A DNA stretch of 64,000 bases from Chitinophaga sp. (GTDB lineage: Bacteria; Bacteroidota; Bacteroidia; Chitinophagales; Chitinophagaceae): NCBI RefSeq assembly GCF_036569185.1, contig NZ_DATCRD010000288.1:1676-65675 (forward strand), given 5' to 3'. The translations under genes and the position numbers were made by a program. The notes beneath the pieces were generated by a model. The model was not told where the DNA came from. It was given only the letters and a program-made list of their open reading frames with translations, and searched no databases. Of the stretch, positions 39,691-48,221 are shown piece by piece. Within the stretch, counting starts at the first letter, position 1. Each line of letters begins with the position of its first letter.

Positions 39691-39706
39691 CGGCACAGCA
39701 CTTGAT
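39691..39706 (+). promoter_or_regulatory. Candidate sigma-54 (-24/-12) promoter
   Basis: CGGCACAGCACTTGAT is GG-N10-GA, with exact spacing but GA in place of GC. It lies about 75 nt upstream of hsp20. Confidence 0.4.
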
Positions 39707-39778
39707 CGCGATTTTTTAAAGGGACGATATCTAAGTCCCGCCTATAATAACCCGTAATAAAAATAAAAGGAGGTAAGT

Positions 39779-40231
39779 ATGTCAGGTATCCAAAAGAGAC
39801 GGGCAACTTTCCCGTCATTGTTCAGTTTTTTTGATGATCCGATCAGTCGTGAATTCTTTAATTGGGATAACTCCAACGGTTCATCAAGCGGCACTACCGT
39901 TCCTGCAGTCAATATTAAGGAGACTGCGGATAATTTTGAGGTGCAGATGGCTGCCCCGGGTATGGATAAGAGCGACTTTAAAATCCAGCTGGATGGCAAC
40001 ACCCTTACCATCACCTGCGAGAAAGAGTCCAACCTGGAAAGCAACGAAAACGAAAGGTTTACCCGCAGGGAATTCAGTTACCAGTCGTTCCAGAGAACTT
40101 TACTGTTACCCAAAGATGTAGTGGACCAGGATGGCGTTACTGCGAAATATGACGCCGGCCTGTTGCAACTCACTATCCCTAAACGGGAAGAGGCCAGGAA
40201 AAAACCACCACGGCTGATCAATATTGGCTAA
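39779..40231 (+). CDS. Hsp20/alpha-crystallin small heat-shock protein
   Basis: Motifs 'PAVNIKET', 'AAPGMDKSDFKI', 'RREFSYQSFQRTLLLP' and 'AKYDAGLLQLTIPK'. Confidence 0.95.
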   Translation: MSGIQKRRATFPSLFSFFDDPISREFFNWDNSNGSSSGTTVPAVNIKETADNFEVQMAAPGMDKSDFKIQLDGNTLTITCEKESNLESNENERFTRREFSYQSFQRTLLLPKDVVDQDGVTAKYDAGLLQLTIPKREEARKKPPRLINIG

Positions 40232-40358
40232 ACAGCCATGATCCAAAAGCAACCTTTAATCCGGCTGTAGCAGGCCCGAAGGTGCGAGCCTGCACAGCAG
40301 CCGGTTAGGTAATGCTAACCCCGTTTCACGTTAAGTTTAAACAATAAAAATAAAAGAG

Positions 40359-40841
40359 ATGAAACCCGTTGTATTCATGACCTTCCTCATGATGGCCAGT
40401 ATTGGATGCAATGGCCAGGAGAATACAAAAAAATATAATTATGACAAGGTTGATACTGCAACAACAAATCAGCCGCAGATATCCTGGAAGGTCAATAAAG
40501 AAATCGACAGTAATGGTAACATCATCAGGTATGATTCCACTTATGTATGGTCTTATACTAACAAAGGCGCGCATGAACAGGTGAAAGTGGATAGCGTGAT
40601 GAATATGTTCAAAAACAGGTTCGATTCACAGTTCAATAATGTATTCAGACAAAGTTTCGGAGCGCCGGTATGGAGCGACAGCTTATTCTACAGGAAATTC
40701 ACCGATCCTGAATACTTTAGGCACAAATGGAAGAACAGTGAACTGGATATGGATAATTTCATTTTACAGATGGATTCCACCCGGAATGCATTTTTAAAAG
40801 ATAATTTTCCAGGATTGGAAGCATCGAAAAATAAGAAATAG
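40359..40841 (+). CDS. Hypothetical lipoprotein
   Basis: Lipobox 'ASIGC'; 'PQISWKVNKEIDSNGNIIRYDSTYVWSY'. Confidence 0.7.
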   Translation: MKPVVFMTFLMMASIGCNGQENTKKYNYDKVDTATTNQPQISWKVNKEIDSNGNIIRYDSTYVWSYTNKGAHEQVKVDSVMNMFKNRFDSQFNNVFRQSFGAPVWSDSLFYRKFTDPEYFRHKWKNSELDMDNFILQMDSTRNAFLKDNFPGLEASKNKK

Positions 40842-40849
40842 CGAACCGG

Positions 40850-42049
40850 ATGATGAACGAGCTGCTGCTATTGCCTGTTGCTGAAATGTGCGTGGTAATT
40901 TTCGCATTAATCTTTTTGTTGAAGAGGCTGAAACAACCTTACCAGATTGCCTATATACTGGCAGGTGTTCTGCTTGGTCCGCATATGCTGCATATTTTTT
41001 CCGGTGCAGAACAAACAGCAGTTGTTGGAGAAGTAGGAATATTATTACTGATGTTTTTCCTCGGGATGGAGATCAACGTTCCCGGCAAACAAAGCCATCT
41101 GGTTAAGCCGTTGATCGCACAGGGGGCAAAAATGGTATTAGGGCTTGGCTTTGCGCTATTGGTGGGCTTCCTGGAGGGATGGTCATTTACAGATAGTATA
41201 ATGCTTTCCGTACTGTTTATTTTTAACAGTACGGCTGTGGTCAGTGAATATCTCAAACAGAACGGGGAGCTTCGGTCGGAGTTCGGCACTACCATTCTGA
41301 ATATACTTATCGCCCAGGATATCCTGCTTGCCCCTGTGCTTACCCTGCTCCGGTTTACAGGAAATAAAGAATTCAGCATAGTAAAGATAATAGTTCCGCT
41401 TGTCCTTTCCATTATCATCTTTTTATTACTAAGGAACCTGCGTAATCGTAGTCTCCCTGGTTTAACCGGCAGGTTGACCAGTAATACAAAGGAAGATCAC
41501 GATTTCCAGGTATTTGCGGGTGGCGCCATTTGTTTATCATTTGGAGTACTGGCTGAGCTTAGTGGTTTAAGCGGATCAATCGGTAGCTTTATTGCAGGGA
41601 TGATCATTGGCCGGTTACCGGCTTTTAACTGGCTGGAACATTCTCTAAAGCCTTTTAAGGTTTTCTTTGTCTCTTTATTCTTTGTTTCTGTGGGATTGCG
41701 CCTGGATATCTCTTATTTAAAAACCAATTACGCCATCATCCTTGGAGGTACGTTTTTTATCCTTTTTAGTAATTGCGTGCTTTCTGCATTGGTGTTCCGG
41801 TTACTGCGATACAATTGGGAACAGAGCTTTTACGGCGGAGCGTTGCTTTCCCAGACAGGAGAGTTTGGTATCCTGGCTTTGACGGTGGCCTATAGTTTAC
41901 ATGTAATAGAAGCAGGATTGTTTAAAACAGGTATCGCCATCACAGCGCTCTCGTTGCTGGTATCCACCATCTGGATCAACCTGCTCAGGACGCTCACCAA
42001 CCGGCAAAAAAGGGAAAGTTCCCTCGCCGGGATGCAACACCAGTTCTAA
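40850..42049 (+). CDS. CPA2-family cation:proton antiporter (Kef-like membrane domain only)
   Basis: Motifs 'AYILAGVLLGP', 'GEVGILLLMFFLGME', 'LIAQDI', 'FFVSVGL' and 'LSQTGEFG'; no KTN domain. Confidence 0.9.
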   Translation: MMNELLLLPVAEMCVVIFALIFLLKRLKQPYQIAYILAGVLLGPHMLHIFSGAEQTAVVGEVGILLLMFFLGMEINVPGKQSHLVKPLIAQGAKMVLGLGFALLVGFLEGWSFTDSIMLSVLFIFNSTAVVSEYLKQNGELRSEFGTTILNILIAQDILLAPVLTLLRFTGNKEFSIVKIIVPLVLSIIIFLLLRNLRNRSLPGLTGRLTSNTKEDHDFQVFAGGAICLSFGVLAELSGLSGSIGSFIAGMIIGRLPAFNWLEHSLKPFKVFFVSLFFVSVGLRLDISYLKTNYAIILGGTFFILFSNCVLSALVFRLLRYNWEQSFYGGALLSQTGEFGILALTVAYSLHVIEAGLFKTGIAITALSLLVSTIWINLLRTLTNRQKRESSLAGMQHQF

Positions 42050-42145
42050 GCAGGATGGCTACTCAAATTTCTTACAAGCCCAGCGGAAGGCAGTGAGAGG
42101 AAAGATGTAAGCACTGCCTTTCCGACTGGCACAAGCTATAAAGTT

Positions 42146-42421
42146 ATGGAACCTTATTATATCATCGATGCAGACATGAAAATACTAAACGGCTGGTCAA
42201 ATTTCTGCACCTTTAAGATCGGTGAAGAAAAGGAACTGGCGATGGAAATATGGAAGCAGGTAGTAAACGACGATGCAGGTCTGTTACGCCTGAGCTTTAT
42301 TGAAGTTGCCCATGGAATGGAGGTAATAGGCACCAAGATGTGCACATTGATCGCATTTGAAAAGAACAGCAGGTTTATTGCCAAAGAAATATTTAAGGCA
42401 AATAATTTTAAAGGTCAGTAA
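42146..42421 (+). CDS. Hypothetical protein
   Basis: 91-aa ORF with an ATG start and an AT-rich upstream region; no motif recognised. Confidence 0.6.
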   Translation: MEPYYIIDADMKILNGWSNFCTFKIGEEKELAMEIWKQVVNDDAGLLRLSFIEVAHGMEVIGTKMCTLIAFEKNSRFIAKEIFKANNFKGQ

Positions 42422-42464
42422 TTCTTTTCCTTTTTACTAAAACCCTTTATAGCCAAAGTGATCT

Positions 42465-43187
42465 TCATTTCATTTTCTGAAAAATATATTGTTCAACAAC
42501 GGTATAATAAGAAATATAAACCCCTTCTTTTACGTCCTCTACTACCTTAGGATAATTCAGGATCAGGTAACCCTTTTCATCAATCCCGATTTGCGACACT
42601 CCTGCACCGGACCGGACCAGCTTATATAACATCATAAATCGTTTGTTCTCAATTTTGTATTTAGCCGATATCATTTTTTTGAAACTGGTCTTTCCTTCTT
42701 CCTTCGCATAAAGTTTAAAATTATCGTCTGTAATAACAGCAAAAGCTTCGTCTTTACTTTTATCTGCTAAAAGTACATCCGGAAGCCGGTAATATGTTTT
42801 TGTTGGAACATACACCGAGTCATTATACCTTACTGAACGAAAACTAATCATCCGCCAGGTGCCCATAAACCTGGCAGGATCATTCACCATGGTGGATGTA
42901 TCCAGCTGGGCATGCGGAATGATGGAATTAGCTGTTACCGAAGTGACCACGCCATTTTGAGTAAAGCTCATAGCAACCTGCGTTTTTCTTAATGCAGGCG
43001 TCAGAAAATTATAATAAACGCGGAAGTCTCTATCCCAATCGGGAAACCGTGTTTCCGGCCTTGCAATTTTATAATCCAATGGGAAACTAACACCCGTATC
43101 TTTAGGGACTTTTGAAAGCTGCTCAAAGTCGTTGTCCTGCGCAAACAAGTCGACCGAAGCTGCGGACAGGAACAGTACAAACAACAT
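42465..43187 (-). CDS. Hypothetical secreted protein
   Basis: Signal peptide 'MLFVLFLSAASVDLFAQ'; lipocalin-like 'RFMGTWRMISF'. Confidence 0.6.
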   Translation of the reverse strand: MLFVLFLSAASVDLFAQDNDFEQLSKVPKDTGVSFPLDYKIARPETRFPDWDRDFRVYYNFLTPALRKTQVAMSFTQNGVVTSVTANSIIPHAQLDTSTMVNDPARFMGTWRMISFRSVRYNDSVYVPTKTYYRLPDVLLADKSKDEAFAVITDDNFKLYAKEEGKTSFKKMISAKYKIENKRFMMLYKLVRSGAGVSQIGIDEKGYLILNYPKVVEDVKEGVYISYYTVVEQYIFQKMK

Positions 43188-43580
43188 GCTGATAAAATGG
43201 ACTGGCATGGGGATTCTTTTTACAATTGTGAATTACATTTCAGGTCAAAATGCTACATGTACGCAATTTAAGAAAACGCTGGTATATTTACCCCATCCAA
43301 CTTTTCATGATAATAAAAAGCTGTATTGTGCCTCTGGTGGCAGCCTGTAATTTGGCTATAAAAATCAAAATGGTCAGTTGCTTCCAGGTTTACGCCAGGA
43401 AAATTGCCGCCCCGCATTCGTTCCGGCAGTCATAAAAAAATGACCTATTGGAGGAGCAAAATATTACGTGGAACTTTATCTTTTCATTGCAGTTATTCAG
43501 AGACGAAGCTACCCATTTATGTTTTAATATCAATCATGCTCCCTGGTTATAACATCTGCCAGGCTCAAACAAAAAAGAAA

Positions 43581-44504
43581 ATGGAAAATAATAATCCTTT
43601 ATTGTGTAATCCGGAAAGTGGTATTTGTGAAATTCCTGCGCACAACACAGCATCTGCTGATAGTAATCACTTTAAATCAGAAAAGAAGCCGGTCAGGATC
43701 ATTTACTACACCGACCCTATTTGCTCATCCTGCTGGGGCATAGAGCCGCAATTACGGAAACTTAAATCAGAATATGGCCAAAGCATTGAAATAGAATACA
43801 GGATGGGTGGCTTATTGCCCGATTGGAGTTATAACAGCGGTGGGATCAGCAAACCTTCTGATGTTGCCCACCACTGGGACGAAGTAAGCCTGCATTATGA
43901 TATGCCCATAGATGGCGATGTGTGGCTGGAAGATCCATTACCTTCCTCCTATCCCCCTTCCATTGCTTTTAAGGCCGCCCAATTACAGGATAACAAAAAA
44001 GCAGTTCTATTTCTTCGCGAAATCAGGGAGATGGTGTTCCTGAAAAAAAAGAATATAACAAAGTGGGAGCACCTGGAACTAGCGGCCAAAAATGTTGGGC
44101 TGGACATTGCTCAATTTAAAAAGGATTATGAAGGTGACGCAAAAGAACTTTTTAATAAAGACCTGCAATTAGCCAGGGAATCAGGAGTAAGAGGTTTTCC
44201 CACCATTTTCTTTGCTGATACAACAGGAAAAACTGAAATGGTATATGGCTCGAAACCTTATAGCGCTTATGAGAACGCTTTACTAAAAATCCATTCAGGT
44301 ATTCCCAAAGCCCCATACGATAAAAGCTGGCCTGCTTTGTTCTCAACCTATCATTCACTGACAGCCAAAGAATTTACAGAGCTAACAGGAACCCCAAGGG
44401 CTGAAAGCGAAAGGATTTTAGATGAATTGACTGCCAATGGAAAATTGGAAAAGCTGGTAACAAAAAATGGAGCCATCTGGATATCCAAAAATATCAACCG
44501 CTGA
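43581..44504 (+). CDS. DsbA-family thioredoxin-fold protein (YjbH/SpxH-like)
   Basis: Motifs 'YYTDPICSSCWG.EP.LRKL', 'YRMGGLL', 'SSYPPSIAFKAA' and 'GVRGFPTI'. Start reassigned to MENNN (43581). Confidence 0.85.
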   Translation: MENNNPLLCNPESGICEIPAHNTASADSNHFKSEKKPVRIIYYTDPICSSCWGIEPQLRKLKSEYGQSIEIEYRMGGLLPDWSYNSGGISKPSDVAHHWDEVSLHYDMPIDGDVWLEDPLPSSYPPSIAFKAAQLQDNKKAVLFLREIREMVFLKKKNITKWEHLELAAKNVGLDIAQFKKDYEGDAKELFNKDLQLARESGVRGFPTIFFADTTGKTEMVYGSKPYSAYENALLKIHSGIPKAPYDKSWPALFSTYHSLTAKEFTELTGTPRAESERILDELTANGKLEKLVTKNGAIWISKNINR

Positions 44505-44550
44505 TATTCTTCCTGGTAACGGGGTTAACAAAAAGAGAAGGCTGTCCTGT

Positions 44551-46200
44551 TTATAGATCCAGCATCATAACATTCATTTGCGGCTTAACCCGCAGTGAGG
44601 CTTCACTACCCTGCTTTGAAAAAGTTCCTTTCTTTGCCTTAATCCTGTAATTCATTCCTTCGAAGCTGCAATTAACCTGTTGTGGATCGATCTTATTAAA
44701 TGGTAATTTAACCGCAGAAGCAGTGTTCAAATCCAGGTACCAATCCAGGGTTTTATTGCCAAGCAGCCTGAGGGTAATGTTTTTCTCATTCAACTCCATT
44801 TCCAGCGATCCGTTTACAGTGGTTAATGGCCAGGAAATATGCACCTTGCTACCGCCGCTCTGGGTAAATGTCGGGTTACCACCTTTTAATAAAACTTCTT
44901 TCCCGTTTACAAGTGCTTTCAGCCGCAACCCGGCAACCTGGCTGCCGCTGCTCCATAAATAGCTATCAACGAAGGGTAATGTAAAGAAGCTGCATTCATT
45001 GGATGTTGCGACCTGTGTAGTATAAACATCGGGGAAGGCTTCATTAAATAAATGAATATCACGGATACGAAGGTTGCCATGTTCCCACAATATATTGATC
45101 CTGTAAAAACGGCTGTTGAACCAGAGCGTCTTCAGGTCACTGCCTTCAATGTCTTTAGTGACAGCAAACGAAGTGGACGGTGTTACTTTATAGTTTTTTT
45201 TGAACCATACGCCTGATTGCTCCAGTGTTTCCACCCTGAGCTTCCCGGCTGCCCGTAGCTGCGCTATCAAAGGCAGCTGGATTTCGAAGCCTTTGGCCAT
45301 GGCATCCCAGGTAAAAGAATTTTCCTGCCCAGCCTGTGTATAGTTAAATCCTAATGCCTCATCTTCAGTGAATGTTTTAAAGAACCAGTTAACCCAGGCA
45401 GCATCGCCTCCTCCGAACCGGTAAACAGGCTCCAGTGTTACAACGCCCTGCCGTTGCGTACCCACACCGTTGTCATACTGCCTCACAGGATCGCTTCCCA
45501 GCATCCTGAAAACCGGAACAGGGATCTGGTGCTCAGCATGCTGCGCAGGCATATAGGAATTAATTTTACTTGGATAATATGCCTGGTTCCAATAACCGCC
45601 CCATAAAGTGTAACCATCGGTTCCATACTGGTCTTTGCAGTTGGCTGAAGCAACTATGTGATATTTCTCATACATATAATTCAGGCTGTGGGCATCAATA
45701 AACCAGGATGCCACCGTTGCGGGGTAACGGCCAAAGATCTTTTTGAAATCCGCCATATAAACATCAATCAGTTTCTCGCGTTCCTCCGGCGTATAACCGG
45801 TAGAGAAACCGATATTGGCCCTCCAGTCCCAGGGATAACGCCCTCTCCATTTTAAGCCGGCCTTTTCGACCAGTGGCTGTGGTATCTCCCACCATCCGCC
45901 AATTTCAAAAGAGTCTTTTGGCAGGCTTGCCAACAGCTTTTGATACCGTGGATCCATTAATGCATCATATTGCAGCAAAAAGGTGCCTGGCAGCTTAAAT
46001 TGCCGCATTATCCCAACTTGTTTTACAACTGTCTGGAACAATACATCCTCTGTGATATTGGCATCCCGTGGTTCCAGTAAACGGATAAAGTTCACGATGT
46101 TAACAATCTTTGGACTACGTTCGTAGGCTGAAGAAGATAATGAAAGCAGTAGTGATACGCCTATCATCGCTGCCATACAACTTTTCCTGATCTGATCCAT
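44551..46200 (-). CDS. Secreted hypothetical protein, probable glycoside hydrolase/deacetylase-type beta/alpha barrel
   Basis: Signal peptide; 'TFLLQYDAL', 'EIGGWWE' and 'FGRYPATVASWFID' pattern; lies downstream of the sigma/anti-sigma genes of a SusC/D locus. Confidence 0.5.
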   Translation of the reverse strand: MDQIRKSCMAAMIGVSLLLSLSSSAYERSPKIVNIVNFIRLLEPRDANITEDVLFQTVVKQVGIMRQFKLPGTFLLQYDALMDPRYQKLLASLPKDSFEIGGWWEIPQPLVEKAGLKWRGRYPWDWRANIGFSTGYTPEEREKLIDVYMADFKKIFGRYPATVASWFIDAHSLNYMYEKYHIVASANCKDQYGTDGYTLWGGYWNQAYYPSKINSYMPAQHAEHQIPVPVFRMLGSDPVRQYDNGVGTQRQGVVTLEPVYRFGGGDAAWVNWFFKTFTEDEALGFNYTQAGQENSFTWDAMAKGFEIQLPLIAQLRAAGKLRVETLEQSGVWFKKNYKVTPSTSFAVTKDIEGSDLKTLWFNSRFYRINILWEHGNLRIRDIHLFNEAFPDVYTTQVATSNECSFFTLPFVDSYLWSSGSQVAGLRLKALVNGKEVLLKGGNPTFTQSGGSKVHISWPLTTVNGSLEMELNEKNITLRLLGNKTLDWYLDLNTASAVKLPFNKIDPQQVNCSFEGMNYRIKAKKGTFSKQGSEASLRVKPQMNVMMLDL

Positions 46201-46259
46201 TTTTTACGCTCTTGTATTGATGAAATTATTATTTATTATTAACCGGAACCCGCGCTTTT

Positions 46260-47405
46260 TTATTTCGTATTCAACCTGATATGCAATACTCTTTCTTTAT
46301 AGTAATACGTACAGTTGGCAGTAGCGCACAGGATATCCAGGAATTCGCCAATGGGCCTGTTTTTAAAGACAATGCCTGTAAAATGCCTGCTGGCGGCAAG
46401 ATCGGCGTTATCCAGCTGTACAGGCGTATTGAACCAGCGTGTTAGCAGGGCTGCCAGTTCACTGATCGGCGCATTATCTAACACATATTGACCGTTTATC
46501 CATGCCAGTTCATCAGGATTAAAAGAATGAACGGTCATTTCATCCTGTCCTGCAACATAACTACCCTGCTGTCCCGGTTGCAGCACCACTTTTTTTGATA
46601 CGCTCTTAAGCGCTACAGCACCATTAACAAGCGATACTTTCTGCCTGCCTGGTTCGTAGGTGTTAACGTTAAAGGTGGTTCCCAATACTTCTACCCGCGC
46701 TCCATCCGGTAATTCTACAATAAACGGCCTTGCATCATCCCTGGCAATTTTGCAATAGGCCTCCCCGCTGATCCTGATGGTACGGGCAGCGTCCGCGAAC
46801 CTGAATGGAAACCATATTTCCGTTGCAGAATTTATAACGATCTCCGAGCCGTCAGAAAGTTTTAACGTATAGTCCAACCCCGGGGGCACCCATAGTTTGT
46901 TCATACTTACATCAGCGCCTTTATCAGTATAGCTAAGGGTTTTGGTGGTTGTATCATTCGCCAGCTGAGCGTCACCGGCATTGGTGGCGCCGGCCTGTGA
47001 AAGATCAATGACCTTTCCGCCGGCTAATTGTAAATGCAAACCGCCCGACAATGGCGCATCCGCTGTTTTACTGGCCACAAGCTGCCTGTGCGCTGGTTTT
47101 ATGAGAACAAAGCCACCTATCAATATACCAGCCAGCAGGGCGGCGGCAAACATCAACCGTTTGCTGCGTTGCTTCTTTGACCGTTGCACCCTGCCGGAAA
47201 TTTCCTCCCAGGACTCATCCAGGTTGTACTGCAATGTCCCGGAGATTGGAATAGTCCGCTGCAGCTCCTCCCATTGCCTTCTTAGCTCCTTATCTTCCAA
47301 CATCTTCTGTGTAAGCAGGCGTTCATCTTCCGGGCTGATAATTCCTGAAAGCTTTTCTATCATGAGCTGATGTAGATCCATGTCATCTGAATTATCGGTT
47401 TCCAC
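46260..47405 (-). CDS. FecR-family anti-sigma factor
   Basis: TM helix; 'LSDGSEIVINSAT', 'GEAYCKIA', 'VLGTTFNVNTY', 'AWING' and 'LTRWFN'. Confidence 0.92.
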   Translation of the reverse strand: METDNSDDMDLHQLMIEKLSGIISPEDERLLTQKMLEDKELRRQWEELQRTIPISGTLQYNLDESWEEISGRVQRSKKQRSKRLMFAAALLAGILIGGFVLIKPAHRQLVASKTADAPLSGGLHLQLAGGKVIDLSQAGATNAGDAQLANDTTTKTLSYTDKGADVSMNKLWVPPGLDYTLKLSDGSEIVINSATEIWFPFRFADAARTIRISGEAYCKIARDDARPFIVELPDGARVEVLGTTFNVNTYEPGRQKVSLVNGAVALKSVSKKVVLQPGQQGSYVAGQDEMTVHSFNPDELAWINGQYVLDNAPISELAALLTRWFNTPVQLDNADLAASRHFTGIVFKNRPIGEFLDILCATANCTYYYKERVLHIRLNTK

Positions 47406-47443
47406 TATATTAAGTTCATTGAGGTGGGAAAATGGGTGACTTG

Positions 47444-47977
47444 CTATCGCAAATGAATCAGTTTTTTTCTCAGGGTTTTGAGCGCATCGGCAAGATGGGT
47501 TTTGACAGTATTAGAGTTGATACCCAGTTCGGCAGAGATCTCTTTTCTTTTCTTACCAGCCATGAACGCCATATCAAATACCCTCGCCTGTTGCGGGGGG
47601 AGCCCTCTTACCGCCTTTGTAAACTCCATCCTGATCTGGCTGTTTTCCGCAGGATCAACCTGGTACAAAGGTGTATTGGTATCGATAATGTTACGAACTA
47701 TGGTTGCCCTGTTCTTTTTGGTGTCCAGTACCCGGATCGACAACAGGCGGACCGACTGGAAAAAGTAACTTTTAACGTTTCCCCGTACATCAAAATACCG
47801 TTCCTTCTGCCAGAAGTCTGTAAAGAAATCCTGCACCACATCTTTCGCCTCATCTTCCGATCCCAGTATCTGGAAGGCAGTGAAAAATAAAAAACGTGCA
47901 TATCGGTCATGAAGTAACCGCAAAGCACTTGCCTGACCATTTTTCAGTTCTTGTATTAGCATTTGATCGTCCTGCAT
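47444..47977 (-). CDS. ECF RNA polymerase sigma-70 factor
   Basis: Motifs 'AKDVVQDFFTDFW', 'LPPQQARVF' and 'EISAELGINSNTVKTHL..ALKTLR'. Confidence 0.93.
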   Translation of the reverse strand: MQDDQMLIQELKNGQASALRLLHDRYARFLFFTAFQILGSEDEAKDVVQDFFTDFWQKERYFDVRGNVKSYFFQSVRLLSIRVLDTKKNRATIVRNIIDTNTPLYQVDPAENSQIRMEFTKAVRGLPPQQARVFDMAFMAGKKRKEISAELGINSNTVKTHLADALKTLRKKLIHLR

Positions 47978-48221
47978 AGATCAGTAACAGTTGACGTTTA
48001 TACCTGAAAGATTTTTGGTTGTTCTATACGTGGAGCCACCAGGAATATTATTTCTGAAAAACATGATGTCCTGATTTATTCCGCTGGGTGACAATCAAAG
48101 ATAATAGTTAAAACGATTTAGTTCCACATTCCGGGTAAAAATAAAAAAGTTGATGACGAGGTCACCCAAAAGTATTTCCTGTTGAACTTTATAATAGTTA
48201 GTCAGTAAAAATCAACTGCCA

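Noticed and set aside
40232-40358. Riboswitch or ribozyme between hsp20 and the lipoprotein gene
   Set aside because: Hairpins are present, but no core motif of a family I know (hammerhead, c-di-GMP, TPP, cobalamin, SAM) could be matched. Kept only as unexplained structure.
43404-43580. 59-codon N-terminal extension of the DsbA-like ORF (also the extensions at 8275-8367, 12651-12764 and 37211-37381)
   Set aside because: The extensions have no homology-like features. Downstream ATGs with AT-rich leaders match the expected family starts.
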